Below, in pieces: positions 52,625-63,188 of a stretch of 64,000 nt of DNA (positions are counted from its first letter, which is position 1; every line of letters begins with the position of its first letter). The DNA comes from Bacilli bacterium. GTDB taxonomy: Bacteria > Bacillota_I > Bacilli_A > RFN20 > UBA1709. The translations under genes and the position numbers were made by a program. A model generated the notes under the pieces. It was not told the DNA's origin. It worked only from the letters and a program-made list of their open reading frames with translations, and did no database searches. The stretch is from NCBI GenBank assembly GCA_050949315.1, contig JBMNFL010000001.1, positions 96,001-160,000 on the forward strand, written 5' to 3'.

Positions 52625-53839
52625 ATGAGTAAAGTTTATGTCGTATCTGCTAAAAGAACTCCAACTGGCGTTCAATTAGGAACACTGAAAGATATTTCAG
52701 CACCAAAATTAGGCGCCATTGCTTCTAAAGCAGCGATGGAACAAGCAAACGTCGATCCAAAGAACATTGAAGAGGTTTTCACTGGTCAAATCTTTGTCGC
52801 TGGATCTGGTGGGGGCCCGGGCCGTCAAACAGCCATCTATGCGGGTGTCCCAAGTGAAGTTACAGCTTCTAACACAAATATGCTTTGCGCCTCAGCTATG
52901 AAGGCCTTAATCCATGGATACGTTTACCTCAAAGCAGGTTATCGTCATCTAGTTCTTGTTGCTGGACAAGAATCTATGACCCAAGCTCCATATCTAATTC
53001 CTTATAAAGCACGTGCTGGAATTAAAATGGGCGAATTCAAGGTTCAAGACCATATGCTATATGATGGTTTAGTTGATATCTTCTACAACTATCATATGGG
53101 CGTTACTGCAGAAAATGTTGCCAAGATGTATAACATCACTCGTGAGCAACAGGATGAATTCGCTTGGAATTCAATCTGTAAAGCTCTCAAAGCTATCGAT
53201 TCTGGTGTCTTTGACCCCGAAATTGTTCCAGTTACTATCAGTACCAGAAAGGGCGACGTTGTTTTCGCCCGTGATGAAACAGTCAATAGAACGACTAGCT
53301 TAGAAAAGATGTCGAAACTAAGACCCTGTTTCTTAAAAGATGGTACGGTTACCGCTGCGAGTTCTTCCAGTATTAACGATGGCGCTTCCGCTGTTGTTCT
53401 TGCTGATGAAGAAGCAGTCAAGAAATACAAACTCAAACCAATGGTCGAAATTATCGGCTTTGGTCAAGGTGGCGTTGATCCTTCCATTATGGGTTTAGGA
53501 CCAACACCGGCCGTTAGAGAAGTCATGAAACAAACTGGCTTAACTCTCAAAGACATGGATTTAATTGAACTAAACGAAGCGTTTGCGGCTCAATCATTAG
53601 GTGTCATTAAAGAGTTATGCGAAGAGTGGAAGGTCTCTAAAGAATGGATTATGGAGAGAACTAACGTCAATGGTGGCGCAATTGCTCTCGGACATGCTGT
53701 CGGTCAATCCGGCGTTAGAATTTTGATCACCTTAATTTACGAAATGCTTCGTAGAGGTGTCAAATACGGTTTAGCCACACTTTGTGTTGGCGGCGGTATG
53801 GGTGCCGCAGTCATCGTCAAGAATCCAAAATTTGACTAA
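52625..53839 (+). CDS. atoB: Acetyl-CoA C-acetyltransferase (thiolase)
   Basis: [34 protein letters not shown]. Confidence 0.92.
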   Translation: MSKVYVVSAKRTPTGVQLGTLKDISAPKLGAIASKAAMEQANVDPKNIEEVFTGQIFVAGSGGGPGRQTAIYAGVPSEVTASNTNMLCASAMKALIHGYVYLKAGYRHLVLVAGQESMTQAPYLIPYKARAGIKMGEFKVQDHMLYDGLVDIFYNYHMGVTAENVAKMYNITREQQDEFAWNSICKALKAIDSGVFDPEIVPVTISTRKGDVVFARDETVNRTTSLEKMSKLRPCFLKDGTVTAASSSSINDGASAVVLADEEAVKKYKLKPMVEIIGFGQGGVDPSIMGLGPTPAVREVMKQTGLTLKDMDLIELNEAFAAQSLGVIKELCEEWKVSKEWIMERTNVNGGAIALGHAVGQSGVRILITLIYEMLRRGVKYGLATLCVGGGMGAAVIVKNPKFD

Positions 53840-53894
53840 TTACTAAATTATCGACTACGTTTACATTTGAATTACGATCACTATAAGCACTTTT

Positions 53895-53922
53895 CCTCCT
53901 GGTTTACCCCAGGAGGTTTTTT
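53895..53922 (+). terminator. Rho-independent terminator after thiolase
   Basis: CCTCCTGG-loop-CCAGGAGG plus T run. Confidence 0.85.
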
Positions 53923-54137
53923 ATTTTACTTTTAACTGGATTTATTAAAATTCTTGTAAAAAAACTGGAGAAAAGAGAAAAAACGTTCTACTTACTTGCC
54001 TTTTTTACAAAAAAATCTCACAACATTTTAAAGAGATAAATTTATCCCCTGGCTTTTTGCTAGCTTTATTGACAAAGGGGCGTTTTTATCTTAAAATCAG
54101 TTTAAGTTATTGCCATAACTTATTTAGGGGTGAAAGC

Positions 54138-55148
54138 ATGCAAAAGGGCAAAGATCCTAGTCGGGTGACAATCTATGATGTGGCCAAAGAAGCCAATGTC
54201 TCTTTAGCGACGGTATCGCGAGTTATCAATGGTGTCGGTAATGTCAGTAAAGAAACAAAAGAATTAGTAGAACAAACCATCGAGAAACTCGGCTATGTTC
54301 CCAGCGATTTAGCTCGCGGCTTAGCGAAACAAAAAACAACTAATGTCGCGATTGTTTTGCCTTCGCCAAATTATTCTTACATCAGCAGTATCATGGCTGG
54401 TATGATTGATGTTTGCAAAATCTATGGCTATAACTCAACTCTTTTTACCTACGAGGATCCTGAAGATGCCGCTAGAGTCGTAGATACGGTTATTTCATCT
54501 AGAGTTGAGGGCATCTGCTGCTTTAATTCAGAATTGAGTGAAGAAGATCTAAAAAAGATGATGATGATTCAACTACCGATGGTTTTAATTGGTACGGATA
54601 ATTTTGGCGATAACGCCTTAGTTGATATCAACTATTCTTCTTGTTTGGCTGAGATTATTGAGCGCGCAACCAAACGCGGAGTTAAAGAGTTTATTTACCT
54701 TAAAAACCCTAGAAAAGATTGGCACATGGTCAATGAATTTGAAAAGGCCATTACTAAAGTGCTTAAGGATAAACCTCATTGTCAACTTAAGTTTTTACCA
54801 ATCAGTGATTCTTATGTATCAATATATGATTATTTTTATCAACAGTTTAAAAAAGTGCCCCCGCATAATGAGATGTATATCACAACACGAGACTCCTTAG
54901 CTACCGCGATTGTCAACGCCGCCTGTGATTTGGGTTATCGGCCAGTTAAGGATTTTGAAGCTTTTGGCGTTATTGGAACCAAGCAAGCTAGAATGTCGCG
55001 TCCGACTATTTCCGCCATCGATGTTGATCTTTATGAAGTTGGTTCCATCGCGATGCGGATGCTAACTAAGATGCTTCAGGGGACTTTGAATAACAAATTT
55101 TTCACTTTCACGCCCGAATATCATGCGCGTGAATCAACTAAAGATTAG
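54138..55148 (+). CDS. ccpA: LacI family regulator, CcpA-like
   Basis: VTIYDVAKEANVSLATVSRV, ARGLA...T, YEVGSIAMRMLTK, RESTK. Confidence 0.85.
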   Translation: MQKGKDPSRVTIYDVAKEANVSLATVSRVINGVGNVSKETKELVEQTIEKLGYVPSDLARGLAKQKTTNVAIVLPSPNYSYISSIMAGMIDVCKIYGYNSTLFTYEDPEDAARVVDTVISSRVEGICCFNSELSEEDLKKMMMIQLPMVLIGTDNFGDNALVDINYSSCLAEIIERATKRGVKEFIYLKNPRKDWHMVNEFEKAITKVLKDKPHCQLKFLPISDSYVSIYDYFYQQFKKVPPHNEMYITTRDSLATAIVNAACDLGYRPVKDFEAFGVIGTKQARMSRPTISAIDVDLYEVGSIAMRMLTKMLQGTLNNKFFTFTPEYHARESTKD

Positions 55149-55158
55149 GAGCAAAAAA

Positions 55159-56406
55159 ATGGACTTATTAGAAGATATAAAATGGCGAGGTCTTTATAAG
55201 GATGTTACAGATTTCGACCAATTAGAAAAGTTAATGCATAAGAAAGCCACCATTTATTGTGGTTTTGATCCCACGGCGGCTTCTTTACATATTGGTCATT
55301 TGGTTCCAGTTTTGATGCTGAAGCGTTTTCATGATGCTGGTCATCGGGTGATTGTTCTGGTTGGTGGGGGCACAGGTTTGATTGGTGATCCCTCAGGTCG
55401 GAGTAGTGAAAGAAATCTTTTGGATTTAGAGACTTCTTTAACTAATGCCGCCGGTATTAAAAAACAATTAGGACGCTTTTTGAATTTTGATGATGCTAAG
55501 CGGGCAATTATGGTTAACAATTATGATTGGATTAGCAAGATTAATGTCATTGAGTTTTTACGCGATTATGGCAAGTGCTTTCCAGTTAATTATATGCTAG
55601 CAAAAGATACTATCGCTCGGCGTTTGGAAAGCGGCATTTCGTATACGGAGTTTTCCTATACGATTTTACAAGCCTTAGATTTTTATACTCTCTATAAAAA
55701 AGAAAACTGCCAAATTCAAATGGGTGGCAGCGATCAATGGGGTAATCTTACTTCAGGCACGGAACTTATTCGGCGTTTAGAAGGAAATGTGGATATTGTG
55801 GCTTTCACCCTGCCACTTATTCTTAAGGCCGATGGGACTAAATTTGGTAAATCGGCTGAGGGAACTTTATGGTTAGATGCTGATTTAACTTCCCCTTATG
55901 CCTTATATCAATATTTTTTAAATACCATGGATGAAGATATTATTCATTATCTCAAAGTCTTTACCTTTTTAAGTCAAAAAGAAATTATGAGTTATGAGCG
56001 TTTAGTTTTAGAAGAGCCACACTTAAGGGCGGCTCAAAAGCGTTTGGCTTATGAATTAGTGGCCATTATTCACGGTAAGGAAGCGGCCAATGAGGCGGTA
56101 AGGATGAGTGAGGTGCTTTTTGGTGGCACGATTAGAGAGCTCAGTTATCAACAACTAAAGATTTGTCTTAACGGTGTTCCTAGTCTTAAAATTGATGAAA
56201 GTAAAAGTTTAATTGATGTTCTGGTAGCTTTGCGGGCGGCCTCTTCAAAAAGGGAAGCTCGAGAATTGTTAGCGAAGGGAAGTTATAGTTTAAATGGTGA
56301 GAAAGTGAGTGACCCCGATTTACTTTTAGAACCATCTTTAGCCATTGAATCTAAACTTCTCGTTATTAGAAGAGGGAAAAAGAATTACTACCTTGTAGAA
56401 TTCTAA
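55159..56406 (+). CDS. tyrS: Tyrosine--tRNA ligase
   Basis: YCGFDPTA.SLHIGH, GGSDQWGN, KFGKS, C-terminal S4 domain RRGKK. Confidence 0.98.
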   Translation: MDLLEDIKWRGLYKDVTDFDQLEKLMHKKATIYCGFDPTAASLHIGHLVPVLMLKRFHDAGHRVIVLVGGGTGLIGDPSGRSSERNLLDLETSLTNAAGIKKQLGRFLNFDDAKRAIMVNNYDWISKINVIEFLRDYGKCFPVNYMLAKDTIARRLESGISYTEFSYTILQALDFYTLYKKENCQIQMGGSDQWGNLTSGTELIRRLEGNVDIVAFTLPLILKADGTKFGKSAEGTLWLDADLTSPYALYQYFLNTMDEDIIHYLKVFTFLSQKEIMSYERLVLEEPHLRAAQKRLAYELVAIIHGKEAANEAVRMSEVLFGGTIRELSYQQLKICLNGVPSLKIDESKSLIDVLVALRAASSKREARELLAKGSYSLNGEKVSDPDLLLEPSLAIESKLLVIRRGKKNYYLVEF

Positions 56407-56417
56407 GGAGGACTGTT

Positions 56418-56942
56418 ATGTCAAACAAAACCCGCTTAATTGCTCTTACTGCTATGTTTATTGCCCTTGTGTTTGTGGTCACCGCTTTTGTTAAGGTTCC
56501 TGTAAGTTTTACTAACGGTTATAAAAACTTAGGCGATGCGGTAATCTTTCTGAGTTCGCTGTTTTTTGGACCCTTCCTTGGCTTTTTTATTGGAGGAATG
56601 GGGAGTATGCTAGCGGATGTCTTTCTTGGTTATACGCATTATGCGATTCCTACTTTTATTGTTAAAGGAATTGAAGGTTTTATTGCGGCTCTGATCTATC
56701 GCACTTATTTTAAAAGGAAAGGCGATCATTTCGGTGCTTTCTTTTTAGCTTCTTTGGCGGCAGGTTTATGGATGTGCTTAGGTTATTTTTTAACCAACAC
56801 GCTTATTTTTGGTCGTTATGAAGCGGCTTTGATGGGAATACCTGGCAATTTAGCTCAGGCTGGCATTTCTTTAGTGGCTGCTTGCTTGATATATTTTGCT
56901 TTAAAGCCTATTTTAAACTATCTACGGCAAAAAATCAGTTAA
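56418..56942 (+). CDS. ECF transporter S component
   Basis: AMFIALV, GY.NLGD, GS.LAD...GY..YA..TF.VKG.EG. Confidence 0.88.
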   Translation: MSNKTRLIALTAMFIALVFVVTAFVKVPVSFTNGYKNLGDAVIFLSSLFFGPFLGFFIGGMGSMLADVFLGYTHYAIPTFIVKGIEGFIAALIYRTYFKRKGDHFGAFFLASLAAGLWMCLGYFLTNTLIFGRYEAALMGIPGNLAQAGISLVAACLIYFALKPILNYLRQKIS

Positions 56943-59109
56943 CCTTAAACAAGGATAGATTAACCCTTTTACGCTCTAAATCCACGCTTAAAACATAGGC
57001 TTCGACAATTTGCCCAAGCGCTAAGACATCTAGTGGATGAGCGTTACGATTATTAGGAAGTAATTTAGAACGATGTACAAGTGCATCGTTTTTTAAACCA
57101 ATATCTATAAAGGCTCCAAAATCAACGATGCTGCGTACTGTTCCTTCTAGTAGCATGCCTTCTTTTAAATCTTCAATTTGTAAAATGTCGCTTTTGAGTA
57201 AAGGCATAGGATAATCATCACGAATATCGCGTAAGGGACGACTTAATTCTTCAATAATGTCTTTAAGGGTATATTCATCAATGTCATTTTTTTGACAAAC
57301 TTCTTTTAGGTTAACAAGTTCAAGTTTTTCTTTTAATTCTTCTGTCCCAATAGCATCTAAACTCAGATTGAGTTTTTCTAAGAACTGCTCAACAAATTGA
57401 TAGTTATCAGGATGAATAAAAGTCTTATCTAAAGGGTTAGAACTTTCTAGAATTTTAAGAAAACCAACGGATTGTTCATAGGATTTTGGACCAATACCCT
57501 TGACTTTTTTAAGTTCATCACGTGAAGTGATTTGTCCGTTTTCTTGACGGTATTGAATGATGTTACTAGCACTGCTTTTATTAAGACCAGAGACATAACT
57601 TAGTAAACTTGGGGAGGCGCTATTGAGATTGACCCCGACATTATTGACAACTTTAGTAATAGCAAAATCTAAACTTTCGGCAAGTTTAGTTTGGTTAACA
57701 TCATGTTGATATTGACCAACGCCAATTGATTTAGGATCAATTTTTATAAGTTCGGACAGTGGATCAATCACTCGGCGTGCAATGGAAATAGCACTGCGTT
57801 CTTCGACTACTAAATCAGGGAATTCTTGCTTGGCAAGGTCACTAGCTGAATAAACACTAGCACCGGCCTCATTAACAATAATATATTTAGCATCTAACTT
57901 ATATTTTTTAATAGTTTTAGCAATAAATTCTTCACTCTCACGACTGGCGGTTCCATTACCGATAGCAATTAGTTCAATTTGGTATTCAGCAATTAAATCA
58001 GCAACCTTTTTTTCGGCTTGTTGATAGCGGGAAAGGGGGACGTTTTCACCAGGGAATTTTTGATGAGGGTAGATGACTTCTTTTTTAATAAAATCACCAT
58101 TAGGGTTAATAACAGCTAATTTACAACCCGTACGGAAAGCGGGGTCAAGACCCAGCATCCACTTACCTTTTAAAGGTGGTGTTAGCAATAATTGTTCAAG
58201 GTTAGTTTTGAAAATTTCAATGGCACCCTCGTGAGCTACTTCTGTTAAATCATTACGCGTTTCTCGCTCAATTGAGGGGAACAGTAGTCGCGAATAACCA
58301 TCTTTAATGGCTTCAATTACATATTTATTGGAACTGCAACCATCACGGGTGATGGTTTTTCTTTGATAAAAATTAAGGGCATCTTCATCATCGGTTAGGA
58401 TATCAACTTTTAAAATCTTTTCCTTTTCGCCGCGATTAATAGCGAGGACCTGATGGTTTAATAAATAGCGCAGGGGTTTTTGAAAATCATAGTAATCCAC
58501 ATAGACTTTGCGTTCGTCAACAGCATTCTTTCTAACTGTCGTTTTGATTTTTCCAAAACGTCTGAGATTTTTACGCAGATAGTTACGATAGTCATGGTTA
58601 TCGGAAATGATTTCTGCAATGATATCTTGGGCGCCTTTAATAGCTTCTTCAAGGCTTGGAACCTCATCATTGAGATATTTAGCGGCTTCTTTTTCGATAT
58701 CACCATCAAGATGACAAGCGAGCATCCAAGTGGCTAGACCTTCTAAACCCTTGGCCATGGCTTCGCTAGCTCGCGTTTTTTTCTTTTCTCGGTAGGGAAG
58801 ATAAAGGTCTTCAATTTCTTTAAGACTAGTAGCCTTTCTTAAACTCTCTTCTAATTCGGGCGTCATTTTTCCTTTTTCATTAATCAAGCGCAGAACTTCT
58901 TCACGTCTTGTATATATTTTATTTTCACTTTCGTAAGTTAAAACAATTTTTCTTAATTGTTCTTCATCTAGCCCCGCCGTCTTTTCTTTTCGATAACGGG
59001 CAATAAAGGGGATAGTTGCTCCTTCTTCTAGCAAATTTAAAACCGTAATTATATATTTTTCAGGGATATTAAGTTGTTGACTAACTTTTGGGGTGATATT
59101 AACATTCAT
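56935..59109 (-). CDS. tex: Tex family transcription accessory protein
   Basis: GATIPFIARYRKE.T, DPAFRTGCK, IGNGTASRE, IGVGQYQHD, C-terminal S1. Confidence 0.96.
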   Translation of the reverse strand: MNVNITPKVSQQLNIPEKYIITVLNLLEEGATIPFIARYRKEKTAGLDEEQLRKIVLTYESENKIYTRREEVLRLINEKGKMTPELEESLRKATSLKEIEDLYLPYREKKKTRASEAMAKGLEGLATWMLACHLDGDIEKEAAKYLNDEVPSLEEAIKGAQDIIAEIISDNHDYRNYLRKNLRRFGKIKTTVRKNAVDERKVYVDYYDFQKPLRYLLNHQVLAINRGEKEKILKVDILTDDEDALNFYQRKTITRDGCSSNKYVIEAIKDGYSRLLFPSIERETRNDLTEVAHEGAIEIFKTNLEQLLLTPPLKGKWMLGLDPAFRTGCKLAVINPNGDFIKKEVIYPHQKFPGENVPLSRYQQAEKKVADLIAEYQIELIAIGNGTASRESEEFIAKTIKKYKLDAKYIIVNEAGASVYSASDLAKQEFPDLVVEERSAISIARRVIDPLSELIKIDPKSIGVGQYQHDVNQTKLAESLDFAITKVVNNVGVNLNSASPSLLSYVSGLNKSSASNIIQYRQENGQITSRDELKKVKGIGPKSYEQSVGFLKILESSNPLDKTFIHPDNYQFVEQFLEKLNLSLDAIGTEELKEKLELVNLKEVCQKNDIDEYTLKDIIEELSRPLRDIRDDYPMPLLKSDILQIEDLKEGMLLEGTVRSIVDFGAFIDIGLKNDALVHRSKLLPNNRNAHPLDVLALGQIVEAYVLSVDLERKRVNLSLFKVN

Positions 59110-59277
59110 AAATTATTTGAACTCCTTTGACTATTTGATTATAGCATAATTATGATGTTTTTTCCTTAAATGAAGGAAAAAGCCTACAAAAAGATGAATA
59201 TTACTTGCAAAAGTAAGAAAATCTTCCTATAATAATAGGCGTAGTATTTTAGCTTCAGAAGGAGGGTAGTCAAATTC

Positions 59278-59451
59278 ATGCCAAAAACAGTTGTTAGAGA
59301 AAATGAAAGTTTGGACGATGCTTTACGTCGTTTCAAAAGACAGGTTTCTAAAGCTGGTACTCTTGCTGAGGCGCGGAAAAGAGAGTTCTATCTCAAACCA
59401 GGCGTTAAACGCAAATTAAAGTCTGAGATGGCTCGCCGTAAATCGTATTAG
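59278..59451 (+). CDS. rpsU: 30S ribosomal protein bS21 (not in ORF track, 57 aa)
   Basis: [57 protein letters not shown]; AAGGAGG RBS. Confidence 0.97.
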   Translation: MPKTVVRENESLDDALRRFKRQVSKAGTLAEARKREFYLKPGVKRKLKSEMARRKSY

Positions 59452-59536
59452 CCATTATGGAAAATCTCATGTTGTGAGGTTTTCCTTTTATTTATTATTC
59501 AAAAAGTACTATCATATAAATGTAGGGGGTTTGTTA

Positions 59537-60487
59537 ATGAAGAAAAAAATTGCCTTGAATGTGGATTTGGAGACACGGCGCTCTATTTTTGGACCAAATG
59601 ATAGTCATTTAAAATTGCTTGAATTACATTATAAAATTGAAATTAACCCTTCGGAAACCGAACTTTCGATTAACTACCGAGATGAAAAAACCTTTCAAAA
59701 GGTTGAATTAATTTTTTTGACGATTAATAAATTGATTACTTTAAATTATAATATTGATGAGCGTTTATTTACGCAGGTTATTAATTTAGCGGATAATAAC
59801 CAATTGGAACACTTTTTCAATTTACATAGTTTAGTGGTGGGACGGACTAAGAACGGTCGTTCAATTACCCCTAAAACACTAGGCCAACTCAATTATGTTG
59901 AGGCCCTAAAGAAATATGATATCGTGTTTGCAGTTGGTCCTGCGGGGACGGGCAAGACTTATCTAGCGGTAGTGGATGCCGTCACTCAGCTCAAAGAGGG
60001 AAAGGTAAAAAAGATTATTTTGACACGACCAGCGGTTGAAGCGGGCGAGAGTTTAGGTTATCTACCAGGGGATTTAAAAGAAAAGATTGATCCCTATTTG
60101 CGGCCTCTTTACGATGCCCTTTATGAGATGCTTGGTCCTGAAAATTGTGAACGCATGCTTGAAAAAGGTTTAATTGAAGTGGCCCCACTAGCCTATATGC
60201 GGGGGCGTACTCTAGAAGACGCTTATATTATTCTTGATGAGGCTCAAAACACCACCTTGTCCCAATTAAAAATGTTTTTAACCCGCCTTGGTTTTAATTC
60301 GCGAATGGTCATTACTGGTGATATTACCCAGATAGATCTTAGAGGTTCGCAATCGGGCTTGTTAAAAGTTCAGGATATTTTAGGAACAATTAAAAATATT
60401 GATTTTATCATTCTAAGCAGTAAGGATGTCAGTCGTCATCCCTTAGTCCAAGCTATTATTGAAGCCTTTGAGAAAGCGGGTTACTAA
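59537..60487 (+). CDS. phoH: PhoH family ATPase
   Basis: GPAGTGKTYLA, TRPAVEAGE.LG.LPG, LAYMRGRTL, DEAQN. Confidence 0.96.
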   Translation: MKKKIALNVDLETRRSIFGPNDSHLKLLELHYKIEINPSETELSINYRDEKTFQKVELIFLTINKLITLNYNIDERLFTQVINLADNNQLEHFFNLHSLVVGRTKNGRSITPKTLGQLNYVEALKKYDIVFAVGPAGTGKTYLAVVDAVTQLKEGKVKKIILTRPAVEAGESLGYLPGDLKEKIDPYLRPLYDALYEMLGPENCERMLEKGLIEVAPLAYMRGRTLEDAYIILDEAQNTTLSQLKMFLTRLGFNSRMVITGDITQIDLRGSQSGLLKVQDILGTIKNIDFIILSSKDVSRHPLVQAIIEAFEKAGY

Positions 60488-60491
60488 AAAG

Positions 60492-60520
60492 AAAACTCAG
60501 TTATAACAACTGAGTTTTTT
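60492..60520. terminator. Bidirectional terminator between phoH and cls
   Basis: AAAACTCAGTT-loop-AACTGAGTTTTTT. Confidence 0.85.
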
Positions 60521-62079
60521 TACATCAATGGCGAGACTAAGCGCAAGACCAGAACGATAAACCATTTGAAGATATTGTGGTGTTCGGCATCTTCTTTTTT
60601 GATTCTCTTACAGTTCTCTAAGGTTTTTAAAAAATCATTTCTCATATCGATAACTGTTAAGTTATTGGCCAGCAAAGTACCACATTCAAAGTGATGATAG
60701 AAACTACGATAGTCTAAGTTAACGGTACCAATTGAACTTATCACATCATCAACGATCATCTGCTTAGCATGGATAAAGCCTGGACTATATTCATAGATTT
60801 TTACCCCAGCCTCCAGTAAGGAACGATAATTGTCTTTAGTAAGGAAATTAACGATTTTTTTATCGGGATTACTCGGTGTGATGATACGGACATCAATCCC
60901 GTTTTTGGCAGCTAGTACAAGTGAGTCACGGGTTTCATTATCTAAAATCAAATAGGGAGTAGTGGCATAAATATACTTTTTAGCTTGGTTTATCATGTTG
61001 ACATAGACATTGCGACCAATCGCTTCGTGATTGAGCGGTGTACTGCCATAAGGAATGACCAAACCGCTTTCTTTTAATGGGGCTTTTAAACGAGGAGAAG
61101 GTCGATAAATTTCATAATCATCATCTTCGCGGCGGTGGATGTTCCAAGATTGGAGAAACATGACTGTTAGACCCCAAACTCCCGGACCAATTAATTTAAC
61201 AGCACTATCTTTCCAATGTCCGAATTTTTGTTCAACATTGACGTATTCATCGCCAATATTAACACCACCAGTAAAACCAACATCGCCATCAATAATAGCG
61301 ATTTTGCGGTGATCACGATTGTGGAGCTGAGTTGAGAAAAAGGGCGTTAACTTATTAAAGACTACCGTTTTAATGCCAAAACGTTCTAATTCAAGGTTAT
61401 AGCGTCTTTTTAAAGTCATGGCACAGCCAAAATCATCGTAGATGACGCGAACATCTAAACCTTCTTCGGCTTTTTGTTTTAGAATCGTTAGGATATCGGT
61501 CCAAAACTCGCCTTCTTTAATAATAAAATATTCTAAAAAAATAAAGTTTTTAGCTGCTCTGAGTTCATCTAAAAGTGCTTCTTTGAAAGCCTCACCACTG
61601 GGGTAAAATTCTGCTGCTGTTTCCCGATAGGCCGCAAAAAAGTTGTTTTTCAGGTAAGATACTTCTTTTTTTATCACTTCACAGCCCAATTCTTGATTAG
61701 AGTGGTCTATATTATCGTAGTAAAGTCGACTGGTTTCTTCGATTAGTCGCGTGTTTTTGCGAATGCGCAGATTTAGATGTCTTGAATTACCGAGCATGAT
61801 AAAAAGGCCGACGCCAATAATGGGAGCAGTCAAGATAAAAATAATCCATGACATTTTAAACCCGGCATCCATATTGACACCTAATAAAACAAAGACAATT
61901 ATAAAAGCAATCACCCGCACTGCCAGTGAAATATAGGGAGAATAATTTCCCAAATAAACAATTAAATAAATAACCCAAAAAAGCTGAAAGGCGATTAATA
62001 ATCCTAGGGCAAACAATCTTGAAAAGACAATTTTATAAAGAGCTTTAAACATTTTCAACCTCACGTCCGTGCCTAACAT
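60520..62079 (-). CDS. cls: Cardiolipin synthase
   Basis: Two HKD motifs (HRKIAIID, HAKQMIVD), N-terminal TMs. Confidence 0.95.
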   Translation of the reverse strand: MLGTDVRLKMFKALYKIVFSRLFALGLLIAFQLFWVIYLIVYLGNYSPYISLAVRVIAFIIVFVLLGVNMDAGFKMSWIIFILTAPIIGVGLFIMLGNSRHLNLRIRKNTRLIEETSRLYYDNIDHSNQELGCEVIKKEVSYLKNNFFAAYRETAAEFYPSGEAFKEALLDELRAAKNFIFLEYFIIKEGEFWTDILTILKQKAEEGLDVRVIYDDFGCAMTLKRRYNLELERFGIKTVVFNKLTPFFSTQLHNRDHRKIAIIDGDVGFTGGVNIGDEYVNVEQKFGHWKDSAVKLIGPGVWGLTVMFLQSWNIHRREDDDYEIYRPSPRLKAPLKESGLVIPYGSTPLNHEAIGRNVYVNMINQAKKYIYATTPYLILDNETRDSLVLAAKNGIDVRIITPSNPDKKIVNFLTKDNYRSLLEAGVKIYEYSPGFIHAKQMIVDDVISSIGTVNLDYRSFYHHFECGTLLANNLTVIDMRNDFLKTLENCKRIKKEDAEHHNIFKWFIVLVLRLVSPLM

Positions 62080-62176
62080 TATAACCTCTTTAATATCAAT
62101 AAACAAGATAATATTTGGGGTCTTACTATTGTTATATAGCATGTGCTATAATAACGCTGTCAAGGGAGGTGGGGTA

Positions 62177-63184
62177 ATGAAGAAACGCAACATTTTTGGA
62201 GCCATCGTTCTTACGCTTGGTTTTATCGCTTTGCTTTTTTGGCTCTATCTAAAAGTTATTGATATCGGAGATAAATTAACACTTACTTCGCCTTATTTAG
62301 CTTATGCTTTTTATGCCTTTGCTGGCATTTTTGTCCTTTATTTTATCGTTCGTCCTTTCTTTCAGGTCACTTTTGCCCCAACTTATACTTTAAAAAAGAT
62401 TCATTCCTTCAATGATCAAAAAGTGGCGGCTGCGAAGCAAAAAGAGAATTATCCTGAACTTGTTAAAGTCGCTAATCGTTTAATTTCTAAGAAGTTAATA
62501 AGCGATGAAAGCGCTAAGAATTTAAAAGCTGTACTCAAGCAAAAAGAATCCGATTTTTCTAAGAAATATGAATTGGTTCGTTTAGAAGTTAATAAGGTTA
62601 TTAAAGAAGACTTAAAGGGAGATATTAGAAAAATTATTATCAGTACAGCTCGAGATACTATGTATTTTACGGCGGTGTCTCAGAATGCCTTTGTTGATGT
62701 TATTATTGTTTTAGTTAATAATTTTAGACAGATAAAAAAGATTGTTATGCGCTGTGGTTTTCGTCCCCATTTCTTCCGTTTACTGCGCCTTTATGTCAAT
62801 GTGATGATTTCCTGTTTTGTGGCTGATGGGGCCCAAAATGTTGATTTCGGGAGCTTACTTGGTGGTAGCTTAAGAGGGGTTGATAAACCGATTATCAGTT
62901 CGGTTGTCAATGGTACGATTAATAGTTTCTTTATGTTAAGAGTGGGCTTTTTAACCCGCAATCTTATCTTTAATGAAGAGGATTTTGAAAGCAAAGAAAT
63001 CAATATTTTGAAATCTTCGTTTGTAGAAGCCGCGGCTGCCTTGCCTGAGTTAACAGTGGCGGCGATCATCAGTCCGATAATCAATGTTTTAAAAGGAACG
63101 ATTATTACTCCAACTAAGCAGCTGCTCAAAAAAGTCTTCAGTAAAGAAAGCCCTTATCCTGAATTTGAGGAAGGCAAGGGGTGA
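62177..63184 (+). CDS. DUF697/YcjF-like membrane protein
   Basis: Two N-terminal TMs, TAVSQN..VD, GFRP, G..N.F..LRVG pattern. Confidence 0.7.
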   Translation: MKKRNIFGAIVLTLGFIALLFWLYLKVIDIGDKLTLTSPYLAYAFYAFAGIFVLYFIVRPFFQVTFAPTYTLKKIHSFNDQKVAAAKQKENYPELVKVANRLISKKLISDESAKNLKAVLKQKESDFSKKYELVRLEVNKVIKEDLKGDIRKIIISTARDTMYFTAVSQNAFVDVIIVLVNNFRQIKKIVMRCGFRPHFFRLLRLYVNVMISCFVADGAQNVDFGSLLGGSLRGVDKPIISSVVNGTINSFFMLRVGFLTRNLIFNEEDFESKEINILKSSFVEAAAALPELTVAAIISPIINVLKGTIITPTKQLLKKVFSKESPYPEFEEGKG

Positions 63185-63188
63185 TAAA

